In this document: piece by piece, positions 47,890 to 59,892 of the stretch
How the letters are laid out: each line of letters begins with the position of its first letter
Numbering within the stretch: position 1 is the stretch's first letter
From: Scenedesmus sp. PABB004
Taxonomy: Eukaryota
NCBI GenBank assembly: GCA_014905635.1
Contig: JABVCE010000039.1
Span: forward strand, 124,001 to 188,000
DNA: 64,000 nt
Reading direction: 5' to 3'
Made by a program: the position numbers and the translations under genes
The notes under the pieces: generated by a model
Database searches by the model: none
The model's input: the letters and a program-made list of their open reading frames with translations, nothing else
Told to the model about the DNA's origin: nothing

Positions 47890-50800
47890 TCACAGCGCCA
47901 CCCGCCACGGCTGCTCCTCCTCGGCGGCCGCAAAGTACTCGTCGAGCGTGGCCGGGTAGACGCGCCCCGCGTCTCCCAGCCCCAGCGCGGCGGCGTCGGC
48001 GATCGCCGCGACCGCCGCGGCGAGGCCCGCCTCGTCGTCTGCGCCGTCGCCCAGCAGGCCCTCGCCAGGCGCCTCTGCGCCCAGGCGCAAGAGAGCTCGC
48101 AGGTGGCTGCTGCCGGCGCCCCTGTACGCGCCCCTGCGGCGCGCGCGCCGCGCGGCGCGTGGGCGCCGCGGTCGGGCGCGCGCTCGCGTCCGCGCTGGCC
48201 CGCCGGGGCGCGTGCCCCTCCCCCCCATCTCTCCCGCGCACCGCGCGACGCAGTGGCGCAGCAGCTGGCGCCAGCTCTCGTCGGCTGCGAGCACGCGCGG
48301 GCTGCCGACCACCACCAGCAGCGCCTTGGCGCGTGTGATCGCGACATTGAAGCTGCGCCGGCAGCGGCGGCGCACAGTGGATCAATGCACAGCACGGCGC
48401 GGCTCGGCACGGGCGGCGCCGGCGGCGGCCCGCGCCCACGCCGCGCACCGCTTGGGGTTGCGCCAGAAGCCGACGTCGGCGGCGCCCACGGGCGGCAGGG
48501 CCCAGCCGCCGCTGCCGGGGTCGCCGCCGCCGCCGCCGCCGCGCGCGCGGACGTCCGGCAGCGGCGGCGGCAGGCTCTCTGGCTTGCTGAGCGTCGTTGA
48601 GATGAACATGATGCGCTCCTCCTGGCCCTGCGTCCACGCCGCAAGCGAGCGCGGTGAGCCCCACCCGGGGGCGCGCCAGCACGTGCCCCCCCCCCAAAAA
48701 AAAAACCACCCCCGGGCGGGCGCCGCCGCGGCGCGCGCGCCTGATAGTCGTCCACCGTCCCCACACGCACCGCGCCCAGCCCGCGCTGGCGCAGCAGGCC
48801 GCGGATCTTCTGGACCTGCGCAGACGGCCAAGACGGCGCTGGTGGAGGCGCGCGGCCGCCGCGGGCCCCCTCGCAAGCGCCGCGGGGCCGCGCGGCGCGG
48901 CGCGGCGCGGCTCAAAGCCCGCCGCCAGCTCGCCTGGCGGCGATACGTGGCGATGACGCCGACGTCGTTCACGCTCACAGCGGCACGGGCCGGCCCGCCG
49001 GCGGCGCCCCGCCGAGCGGGCGTGCCCAGCAGGCTGCACAGCAGCTCCGCCAGCACCAGCACCTCCTGGGGGTTGTAATAGCTGGGCGCGTCCCCGTCCT
49101 GCAAGCGGTGCGCGCGCGTGAGGCAGCGGCGCGCGGCGGCCGGGCCGGGGAGCAGTGCGCCCGCGCGCGGTGCCGCTGGGGCAGCCGCCTGGCGGCCCAC
49201 CTGGGCCTGCTGGCCATTGACGCCCACAAAGAGCATCGAGCTGGGCGCCAGGTCGGCCAGGTCGTCCCCGCCGCCGCCGTCGTCCGCCTCGCGCGCGCCG
49301 CCCGGCGCGAGCTCCGCCCACGGCGGCGCGGCCACGGCGGCCTCGAGCGCGCACGCTCGCAGCGAGCCGCCGTAAAACAGGCGCGACGGGAGGTCGAGCA
49401 GCCGGGCGTGGCTCCTGAGGCGCGCCGGCGGCGGCAAGCGAGGCGGCGGCGCGGTTGGTACGAGCGCCCTGCGCCGTGCCGCGCCGTGCCGCGCCTCGCG
49501 ACGCGCGCGCGCCGCGCCTGTAGTTGTCGACCAGCTGCGTGAAGCACAGCGACACCGGCACAGGCGGCGCGGCGCCGGGCGCAGGCGTGAGCGGCTGCGG
49601 CGCGAGCCCGCCGCGCGGCTCGCCGTCCGCGCCGTCGTCGGCGGCGGCGGCGGCGAGCTGCGGGCAGTTGGCGCGCCAGAGGCCGATCCACTCCTCCAGG
49701 AGGCTGCTGCCCAGGCCCGCGGCGGCGGCGGTGCCGCTGCGAATGACGGGGCCAAGCTGCCGCGGGTCTCCGGCCAGCACCACGGGTGCCGCCGGCCCCG
49801 CGAGGCCGAGCGGCAGCAGCAGCTCTGGCGCGAGCGCCTGCCCCGCCTCGTCGACAACGACTAGGTCAAAGCTGCAGGGCCCCGCGCCGCCGCCGCGGCC
49901 GCCGGCGCCGCCGGGGCGGGCCTCGCGGCCGCGCCGCCGGGCGCGGCGATGGTCAGCGCGGCGGAGCGGCGCGCCGGCTGCGGGAGCAGCAGCCCGGCGG
50001 TGATGGTGGAGCACACCACAACGTCCCTGCCACGCCGCGGCGGGCGGGGCGCGGCGTCGTGCGGCGGCGCGCGCAGCGCCCGCACAGCCAGCGCGCAACG
50101 CGTGCGCGCCGCCCCCAGCGCGCAGCGCGAGCGCCGTGCCGCGCCGCGCCGCACCGCTGGCAGGCTGCTGCGAGCCCCTCGTCGTGGGCAAAGCACCCGG
50201 TGCGTGGGCAAACCACGCAGTACGGCAGTACCTCTGCCTTCGCCTGCGAGGGAGCAAACCAGGCGGCAGGGCGGCACACGGGCGTCGCGCGCCGTGCAGG
50301 GGGCCGGGGCAGCCGCGCCGCGCGCCGCCCCGCCGCGCGCCCCGCGCCCCGCCGCCGCAGGCGCTGCCGCTCGACCTGGTTGACGGGGCGGCGCCAGTCG
50401 TTCAAGCGCAGCATGTCAGCCGCGCCCACGCCCGCCGCCGCGAGCGCGGCGCAGAGCAGGTCGGCGGCGTAGTTGGCAGGCGCGCAGCACAGCACGCGCG
50501 CGCCCGGGTGCACGCGCCTGCGGCGGCGGGCGCGGGCGAGGGGGCGCGGCGGCGCGCGGCGCGGCGCGCTCGTCGGGGCGTGCGTGGCGCGCCGCAGCGA
50601 GCGCGGCGCCCGCCCCCGCCGTGCCGCGCGCCGTGCGGCGCGCACCCACCTGAACTGCAGAACCAGCTCGCACACAGTCGCCGACTTCCCGGTCCCCGGC
50701 GGGCCGTGCAACACCAGCGGCGCGGCGATGCCACCGCCGCAGAGGGCCGCCGCGACTGCCAGGCGCTGCGCCGCGTTGAGCGGGACGCTGCCGCACATGG

Positions 50801-53800
50801 CCAGGCCCGCCGCGAGCGCCACGACCTGCGCACGGGGGGAGTTGGGCGGGCGGCGCTGGCGCGCGTGCGCCGCCCCACGCGCGCGCGCGCGCGCGCGCGG
50901 GCGGACGCACGCGCCACGCACCTCCCGCTGCTTGTCAGGTGGCGCGACGCCGCCAGCCGCCACCAGCGCCCGGGTCGCCGGGCCGGGCGGCAGCAGCACG
51001 CGCGAGCTGGCCGCCGCGAGGGCGATCGCTGCGTGCATGCGGCCGAGGGCGGTGCGGTCGAGCGCAAAGCTGGCGTGCACGAGCATCGACCGCGCCGCCG
51101 CGGGCGCCTTGCCCCACGCGCCGGGGCGGCCGCGGGCGGCGTCGTGGTCGTTGAGGAGGCCGAGCAGCGCCCAGAAGTCATCCGGCATGGCCAGCAGGCA
51201 GCGCGAGCCGTCTACCGCCGCCACCAGGCCCGCCGCCTCCACCTCCAGCGCGCACTGCGACGACGCCGATAGCGGGCCCAGCAGCGCGAGCCCGTCGGCC
51301 CCCTGCGGCCCGCCGCGCCCGCCGCCGCGGAGCTGCGCCGCGAGGGCGTGGCGCGCGGCCGGCGTGATCTTGGAGGCGAGGCGCAGAAACACGACATCCC
51401 CTGCGAGCGTAGGCGAGTGCGTGGGCGGGCGGGCGGGCGGGCCGATGCTGTGGGAGCGCTGCGCGGGCGCTCGCTGGTGCGAGCCCCGCGCCGTGCCGCG
51501 CCGCGCCCACCAGTGACCAAGGCCGGGCGCTGCTCCGGGAGCCCCGGCACGCTGATGACGGCGAGGCGGGGCAGCCGCACGCCGAGGCCGCTCAGCAGCG
51601 GCCCCCGGTATGTGAGCAGCTGCGGCGGCCGGGGGCGGGGGCTGAGGCGGCGGCGCGCGCGAGAGGTGCGGGCGCCGGCGCCGGGCGGCGGCCGGCGCGG
51701 AGCGCGGCCCCCCACCTGCGCGTCGCCGTGCGCGGGCCGGGCGAGCTCGCTCGGTGGCACGATCGCGTAGCGCCGCGACGCGGCGCCTCCCGGAAAGACC
51801 GCCACGGCCAGGCGGGTGTTGTAGACGGCGTACGAGGCGACCGCCCGCTCACAGGCGCGCTCCTCCAGCACCAGCAGGCGCTGCCACGACGCGAGCGCGG
51901 GCGGCCCGCCCACCGGCAGCGGCGGCAGCTGCCCGGCAGCGGCGGCCGGCGCGCGGGGCGACGTGTGTGTGTGTGTGTGTGTGGGGGGGGCAGTGCGGCG
52001 CGATGCGATGCGGCCCGCCGCGCCCGGCCCGCGCACCTGCACGCCCGGCGTGTGCGCCCCGCGGCCGCTGGCCAGCATCGCCCCGTACCGCCAGACAGCG
52101 CCCACCGCCGCAGCTTCGTAGCTCGGCGCCTGCCCCAGCTGCACCGCCCCTCCGGCAAATTCGAGGCCGTTGAACGCCCGCCACTGCTCAGCGGCGGCGG
52201 CGCCGGCGGCGCCGGCGACGGGGTCTTGGCCCTGCGCGCGCGCGGGGCGCGGCAGCCGCCGCGCCGCAGCCGCAGCCGCCGCGGCGCGGGCAGGCGCGCG
52301 CGGGCGCCGCGCACCCGGGCGAACGCCACGGGCCAGGTGAGGTCCTGCGGCGCGGCGAGGAACAGAAACCCGGCGCCGGCGTCGCTCGGCGGCGTGGCGA
52401 AGAGCGCGCGCAGCGCGGCGCTGATGAAGGGCTTTGCCTCGGCGCGCAGCACGCTGGCGAGGTCGGCGGCGCTGCCGACTAGGCCGCCCGCGACAGGCAG
52501 GCCCCCGACCGCGACCCGCCAGCCGGGCGGCTGCGTGGCGTGCGCGGGCGTCGCGCGCGCCGCGGCAGCGGGTTCCGCCGCGCCGCACGGCGACTGCGCA
52601 AGCGCCGTGACGAGGCACAGCTGGCTGAACACACCCAGCTCGCGCTGGCTGCGCGGCTGGCTGCTGGTCGTGCGCAGGCGCAGGCAGATGGTGTAGCTTG
52701 CGCCCGGCTGCAGCTGCACCGCCGGCAGGTCGCCGGCAGGCTGCTGGCGCAGGCTGCTGAGCGGCAGCGTTACGTCCGGCAGCGAGCCGCCCTGCTCCGG
52801 CGCCGCGCTCAGCGAGACCCACTCGCACTCGGGTGCCTGCGCGCGGCGCCGCGCGGGCGTCGGCGCGGCGCGGCGTGGCGTGCTGGGGCCGGCGCCCTGC
52901 CGCCCCGCCGCCCCGCCGCCGCAGCCCCGCTTCTGCGCCGCACCAGGCAGACGTTGACGAGCAGGACCGTGTGGCCGCTGTGGTTGGTCACGGCCAGCCG
53001 CCGCTCCACCGACGCGTGCCCGGCGCGCGCGCTCTCGCCCTCCCCACCGCCCTCCCCAACCACCACGACCTGGTGGCTGCCGAAGTCGACGCCGCCGGCG
53101 GGCGTCAGCGCTAGCAGGCCGCCGCAGTCGCTGGAGAGGTGGTGCGCGTGCGCCGCCAGGCGCCGCAGCGCGCCAACGACCGCGTCCTCCACGCCGCCGG
53201 CCGCGGCCCAAGCCTCCACTGCTGGCGCGTCCCAGCCAGCTGTTGCTGTCGGGCGGTTGACCGGCTGCTCTGCGGCCGCGCAGGCAAGCCTGGCCGTGCG
53301 GCCAGCGCCCCGCGCCGGCGGCGCGGGGTTCGGCGCGCTGCTGCCCGCCGCCGGCGCCGCGCTCAGCAGCCGCGTGAGCTTGGGCGCCACGCCCCACACG
53401 TCCAGCAGCTCCGCCGTGAGCTCCTCCGCCGACGGCCCCGGCGGCGAGGCCGCCCCGCCGCCGGGGGGCGGCAGGCCGCCGTCGACGAGGCTGCCGCCCA
53501 GGCGCGGCAAATTCAAGCCGGCCAGCCAGCACGCCTGCAGCTCCTGCTGCACCTGCCGCGCCACCGCCAGGTACCGCGCGTCAGGCAGCACGTGCGCCGC
53601 CGCCTGCAGCAGGCCCCCGCCCACGCGCGTCCTGCGGGGCAGCGCCAGCGAGGAGGGCTCGGCGCGGGCGTGCAGCCCACAGGCGGCGGCGCGGCGCGGC
53701 CGAGCCGCGCCGCAGCGCGCGCCGCTCACGGTCGGCCCAGCCGCGCCACCAGCGCCTCGCCCGCGTCGTCGCCCGCCGGCGCATCCTGCTCCGCGACCAG

Positions 53801-54116
53801 CAGCGCCTTGGCAGCAGCGAGGCGCAGGGCCCCGCCTTCAGGCCAGTCCGCCGTGAGCTGGGCCATGCGCGACAGCACGACCCCGCCGCCGCCGAGGCAG
53901 CTGCTGCCTCGGCGCGGCGCACCGCGGCGGCGGCGGCCGCGGTCGGGGCGGCGGCGCCGGCGGCGCCCTCGGCCAGTCAAGCCCGTCCGGCACGAACACC
54001 CACCGTCCGCGCACTGGCGCCCGCGGCGTCTGCTGCGCCTGCTGCTGCTGCTGCGGCGCCTGCTGCGCGTGCGGGCGCGGGCTGCAGCCTGGCAGCGATT
54101 CCGGCAGGCCGTCCAT
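47890..54116 (-). CDS. SDE3: SF1 RNA helicase, MOV10/Armitage/SDE3 family; multi-exon
   Basis: [128 protein letters not shown]. Start is 54116 or 53866. Confidence 0.9.
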
Positions 54117-54552
54117 GGCGTCGTTCTCAGACCTTGTGCGAGCGCCGGCCAGCAGCGGGCGCTGCATCAGCTCGCGCGGGCGCTGGGCGGCGGCGCTGCA
54201 TCAGCTCGCCGCGCGGGCGCCGCCGCGCCGCCGCCGAGCGAGGCTAGTCGCCGCGCAGCCATGCCCATCGCGCGAGCGAACAGTTCCGCTGGCTGCCGGG
54301 CACGGCGGGACCGTTCGCTACGCAGGTGTTGTCACAGGCTCGGGGGTTCTGCGCGCCGCGGCCGCGGCGGCGCGTCTTCGAGCCCCGCCTGCGGCTCGCC
54401 ACGCTGTGACTGCTCAGGGCGGGAGGAGCCAGGAAGGCGGTTCTCGGCTGCACGGCGGCCGCGGGTTGCACGCGCAGCCGGGCCCGCGCGCGCGCCCCGC
54501 GCCGCGCCGCCGTCCGCTCGGCGGCGCCCCCCGGTGCACACGCCGCCTAGGC

Positions 54553-56442
54553 CTACTCCGCCGCGCCGCGGCCCGGCGCCGCCTCCGTCTCCGCCGGCTC
54601 CTCGCCGTCTTCGCTCGGGGCCACCACGTCGGCATCGCCGTCGTCGCTGTCCGCGTCCGTGGCAGCCAGGCTGCTGTCGCCGCCCTGCGACTCGCCCTCG
54701 CTGCCGCCGGGCTGCGCCTCCTGCTCGCCGCCGCCGTGCGCGTCGCCGTCGCCCGGCTGCTGCGGCGCCGCGCCCGGGCTGCCCTCCGCCGCCGCCGCCG
54801 CCGCGGCCTCCTGCTCCAGCCGCACCGCCTCCTGCGCGGCCGTCGCGGCCTCCTGCATCTTGCGCCGCAGCGTCATCAGGAAGGGCGCCAGCTGCACGCG
54901 GACGGGGGGCGGGCGGGCGCGGGCGCGCGGGCGCGGCGGGTCGGCGGCGCCGCCCGCGTGCGACGCTGGCGCGGCGCGGACGCGGCAGCGCTTGCGCTCC
55001 CCCCTGCGGCGGCGCGGACCTGGTCCCGGTGCAGCACCGCGGTCGCGCGGTCAAACGACTCGCGCGCCGCGTCGGGCGCGATGCCCTCCTCCGCGAGCGC
55101 CTCGGCAATGACGCCGCCAAAGATGTTGTACTGCGGCAGCGCAGCACGCACAGCACGCACAGCACGCACAGCACGCACAGCAAGCAGCACACGTCAGCGG
55201 CGGCCCGGCGAGGCCGGCAGCGCGTGGCGCGTGCCCAGCGCGGCCGGCGGCGCGGGGGGCGGGCGCGCGCGCGCACCTGCGCCTTGCCCGGCAGCAGGCT
55301 CGCGCGCAGGCCGACGACGAGGCAGTTGCCGTGGCGGTCCTCCGGCCCCACCGCCAGGATGGGGTAGTTGGGCGCCGGCCGCGCGTACGGCACGGCGAGC
55401 CGCGCGACCTGGCGGGCGGCGCGGCGCGGTGTGGGCGGGGCGCGGCGCGGCATGACACGGCGCAGGCAGTGGGGCGGCCGTCGGCCTCGCTCGCGAGGCG
55501 GAGGCGCCGCGATGGGCGCGTCGCCGCGGGCGCCGCACCTTTGTCGCGTCGCGCACAAACTGCGCGAGGCGCAGCAGCGTCAGCGGGTGCCGGAACTCCC
55601 GCGAGTTGGGCGTGTGCGTGCTGAAGAGCAGCAGCTCCTGCGGGGGGCGGGCGGGCCGGGCGCGGGCGGGGCTCGGCGCGCGGGCGGGCGGGGCTGGGCG
55701 CGGCGGCGACGCAGGCCCCAGGGGGGGGGGGCCTGCGGCCTGGGGGCCAGCCCCCAGCCTGGCGGGCGCTGCTGTGGAGGGGGGCGGGGATCGGTCGGTC
55801 GGGGGCGCACCTGGTAGTGCGCCGAGGCGTTGGTGGTGAGCTTGCGGTCGGTGGTCAGCACGCCGCCGTCCCTGGCGCGCGCGCGGGCAGCGGTGGGCCG
55901 CCGCGGCGCCCGCGCGCCCAGCCCAGCCCGGCCGCGCCGCGCAGCCCTGCCGCGCGCCGCAGCCCCGTCGCAGCCCGGCCGGGTGCCGCGCGGCGCGCGT
56001 GCCGCGGCGTGTGCTCACTGAATGATTGCCTGCATCACCACCTTGGCCATGGCCACGCCCGCCTGCAGCATGTCCCAGCCCTTCACCGTCGACGGGTCCA
56101 CCGCCTCCGCCGCGGCCCTGCGCCGCGCCAGCGCGCGCCGGCGGTCAGCGCGTGCGGCGAGCGGCCGGGCGCGCCGCCGCCGCGCCGCGCGGGCAGGGGT
56201 TGAGGCCCTAACGCCGCACCAGAAGCCCGCGCTCGCGCCCGCGTCGCCGTCGACGGCGCGATACTCGCTGAGCAGCGCGGTCGCGGCGTGCACGACGTCG
56301 CTGGCCTGCGTGGTCTTGCGGTTGTGCCGCATGCTGAAGCCGTGGCACGCGAGCTCGCCGAACGAGAGCCGCGTCGTCTTCAGCGCCGCCTCAAGCTGCT
56401 CGTCAAACGCGCGCCGCTCCTCGCCGCGCAGGCTCTCTGCGG

Positions 56443-56473
<31 letters not shown>

Positions 56474-58374
56474 GGCGGCGCCCGCTCGGCGGCGCGCGCT
56501 GCCAGGGGGGCGCCGGCGAGCCGCGCCGCCGCCCCGCCGTGCTGGCCCCCGCTGCCGCGCCGCGCCGCCGCACCGAAGCCGTTCTTGGCCGCCTCTGTCG
56601 AGATGCCCATGCGCGCGAGCAGCAGCGCGACCGCGTCCTGCCCGCCGCCGCGCCACGTCTGCATGCGCGCCGCGACGTAGGGGCTGTACAGGAAGGCGTC
56701 AAACAGCGTCCAGTGGCGGTACAGCGTCAGCCTGGGGCAGCGCACACGCACACGCGCACGCGCGCAGGTAGACACACGCAGACACGCAGCAGCGCCGCCG
56801 TGGCGGGCGAGAGCAGCGGCGGGTCAGCAGCGGCAAACGAAAGCAGCGCCGGCGGGGGGCGGCGGGCGGCGCCAGCTGGCGGCGCGGCTGGCGGCGCGGC
56901 GCACTTGTAGTCGGTGCAGGGCAGCACGACGGCGGTGCTCTGCGGCGGCAGCTTGCCGGGCGCCTGGCCGCGGTGGCGGCGGTTGCACTCGAGCGCGACC
57001 ACGCGCGCGGCGAGGTCCTTGTACCAGGCCTGGTAGTGCTGGTTGCTGAGGCGCTGGTGGATCCACTGGTCCGTCAGGCCCACGCACATGGGCCTGGCGC
57101 GGCGCGGCGGCGCGCGGCACGGGCCTGGGCGCGCGCCCGGCGCGGCGCCGCCGCCGCCCGCGTGCCCGCCGCCCGCGCCGTCGCCCGCCCGCCCGCGCAG
57201 CCGCTGCCCCCCCCCCCCCCCCCCCCCCCCCCGCGCACCAGAGCAGCGTGTTGTCCAGCCGCCCGCACAGGCACTCGACGAGCGGCTGCAGCACCAGCGG
57301 GCTGGGCTTGCCGTAGCTGCTGCCCATCTCCTTGTAGGCGGCCACCGCCGCCTGCCGCGCCTTGACCTCGCGCACCCGGTCCCTGCGCGCGGGCAGGCGG
57401 GGCCGGGCCGGTCGGCGCGCTGGCGGCGACGGGCCGGCGGCGCGCCGCCCGCCACACACCCCGCCCGGCGCGCCCGCACCTCCAGTGCCGCCGGCTGACG
57501 GCGCCCTGGTCGGCGCGCCGCGCCTGCTTGGCGGGCGAGTCGGAGCCCCCCCCTCCTCTTCCTCCTCCTCCTCGGCGCGCGCCAGCTCCTGCAGCGTCAC
57601 GACCTCTGCGCACCGCCGGCGCGGCGCGCGCGCCGCGTGAGGGAGCGCGGCGCGCCCGCGCCGCGCCGCCGGCGCGGCGCGGCGCCGGCCGGGCGGCGGC
57701 CCTGGCGCGGGCCGCACCCGCGTCGGTGAGGTCGTCGATCGCGTCCGCCGGCGGCACCTCGGCCGCGGGCAGCGGGTCGTCGTGGGCGAGGACGAGCACG
57801 TTCTCGAGGTCGTCACCGTTGTTGTAGCGCGGGTCGACTGGGCGGTGGCTGTCGACGACGACGAAGCGCACGTTCAGCGCGCTCGGCGGGACCATGCCGC
57901 GCACCCACTGCCCCGCGCCGCAGTTGACCAGCAGCACCGTGCGCAGCTCCTGCGCCGCGGGCGGGCACGCGTCGGCGCCGTGCGCAGCCGGCGCGCGCGC
58001 CGCCGCGACGCGCGGCGCGCGGGCCGCACCACCGAGTCGGCGAGCAGGCTGCCGATGGTGTCGCGCAGCTGCGCCACGTTCTCGACCGGCAGCAGCGCAT
58101 AGTTCACGCTGCGCGCCTTGAGCGCGACCTGCGGCGCGGCGCGGGCGCGGGCGCGGGTGCGGAGAGGTCGGCGGCGCACGGCCGCGGCGCGGCGAGCAGC
58201 CGCGGCCACGCCCGCGCGGCGGCGGCGCCGGCGCACCGCGAGCAGCTTGAGCGAGCACACGGTCTCGACCTCCTGCGTCGAGAAGAGGATGGCCAGGCCG
58301 CGCTCCTGGCTCTCCTGGCGCTCCTCGAGGATGATGTTCCACACCTCACTCCAGCCCTCCGGCGGCAGGATCAT
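54553..58374 (-). CDS. CDC45: Cell division control protein 45 (CMG helicase subunit); multi-exon
   Basis: EVETVCSLKLL, VLLVNCGA, FVVVDSHRP, acidic insert, SSYGKPS..LLW..CVGLTDQW, LTLYRHWTLFDAFLYSPYVAARMQTW..LLARMGI, ASDVVHAATALL, FRHPLTLLRLAQF, ARESFDRATAVL. Confidence 0.95.
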
Positions 58375-59185
58375 GCTGCTGCTGCCACCCGAGGGCGCCG
58401 GCGCGCCGCACCGCCGCTCAGTGCTGCGCCGCCGGTCGCTGGTCGGGCCGCTGCGCCGGGGTCATGCCGCCCGCGCCGCGCCCGCGACGGTGGGCCGCCG
58501 CTGCATGCGCCTAGTGGTGTTGCGCCACTGCCTGCAGGGCCGCTGCCCGGCCGGCGCGCGCCGCGCGCTCCCGGCGCCGCGCCCGCTGCCGTCGACGCCG
58601 CCGCCGCCGCCGGTGGGGCGCCTGGCCGCTCGCGGCGCTGGCCGGATCGGGTGCGGGGGCCTCGGCCCGGGAGAGGCGCCTGTGGGCGCGCGCGCGCGTC
58701 TCGGGAGCCGGAAAATTTGAGTGCTGGGCTGCAGCTGGCGGTTGCTGCCGGTCGCCGATCCGCGGCCGCAGCGCGCGAGGCTTGGCGATGCGCTGGCTCC
58801 TGGGCGCCCGCCACCGCCGCCGGGGCGGCCTGCTGCCCCGCTGGGCGCCGGGGCGTTGTGGCGCCGGGCGCTGGGGCCGCGGGGGCTGCTGGGGCGGGCG
58901 CTACGGTCGTGTCGTGAGCTGGTAGGCGACGCGGGGTGGCCCGCTGGAGCCTTGCGAGCGTGGGCGGGCGCGACAGACGAATCGAAGATGTTCAAGCCTC
59001 GCCCGGGTTCTGGCTGGGCTCAGGCTGAGCGCGCACACGGATGGAGTCGTGATCATCATCATACGCTACGCTCGACCCGGTTGACGCTTGCTGCCGCGCC
59101 CGCCCCTCGCTGCTGCCGCCCCGCTGCTGCCGCCCGCGCCAGCGCCAGCCCGCACGCCACCGGCCACCAGCTCCGCGCCACCGCC

Positions 59186-59377
59186 ATGGCGGCCTCCCTG
59201 CGCGCCCTGACGAGCGGGGGCGCCCAGATCCACGGCGCGGCCCGCCAGCCCTGCCCGCCAAGCAGCAGTGGCCGCCTGGTGCGGGCCAATTGCGGCCCTG
59301 GGGCGCCGGGGGTCAGCGCAGGGGGCTGCGGCACGCGCCGCGGCACCAGCGCGCGCGCCGCCGCCCGCCGACGCGCT

Positions 59378-59408
<31 letters not shown>

Positions 59409-59892
59409 CCGCCGCGCGCCGTAGGCGCCCGCGCGCGCTGCGCAGCCGCAGCGCCGCGCCGCCGCCGCCGCGCCGGCGCCGCGGCGCCGCCGCTGTGCCG
59501 CGCTGCGGGACGAGGAGGCGGAGCTGGAGCGCATGGCGCGCGAGGCGGGGCAGCCGGACGTGTGGGACAGCGCGCTCGTCGGCAACGCGCTCGTGGTGCA
59601 CAGGCCCCGCCCAGCAGCAGCAGCGCAGCGCCCCGCGCCCGCCGCGCCGCGCGAGCGGGGCGCGCCGCACGCGCGCTGCGCACGCCGCCGCCGCGCCCAC
59701 CCGCCCGCCCGCCCGCCCGCCCGCGGCGCGCCGTCGCCCGCGCCGCCGCCGCCGCGCCCACAGGTCGCGCTCGTGGCGGGCGTGGTCGCGGCGGCGCTCT
59801 TCATCGGCCGCCTGGGCGAGCCGATGGTGGAGAACACGATCCGCTCCTTCCCCACGCCCGCAGAGTACGCCGCGTACGAGGAGTCGCGCTAG
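59186..59892 (+). CDS. Small predicted plastid-targeted single-pass membrane protein (3 exons), unknown function
   Basis: gccATGG start; transit-peptide-like MAASLRALTSGG...RRRRCAA; then LRDEEAELERMAREAGQPDVWDSALVGNALV|VALVAGVVAAALFIGRLGEPMVENTIRSFPTPAEYAAYEESR*. Confidence 0.7.

Noticed and set aside
55142..55190. (CAGCACGCA)n repeat, plus poly-G/C and (CA)n tracts in other introns
   Set aside because: Ordinary intronic microsatellites.
58901..59062. Minus-strand ATGATGATGA with a downstream CTGA: possible C/D snoRNA or 53-aa ORF
   Set aside because: Intergenic, box spacing too short, no convincing terminal stem or target; the ORF has no support.
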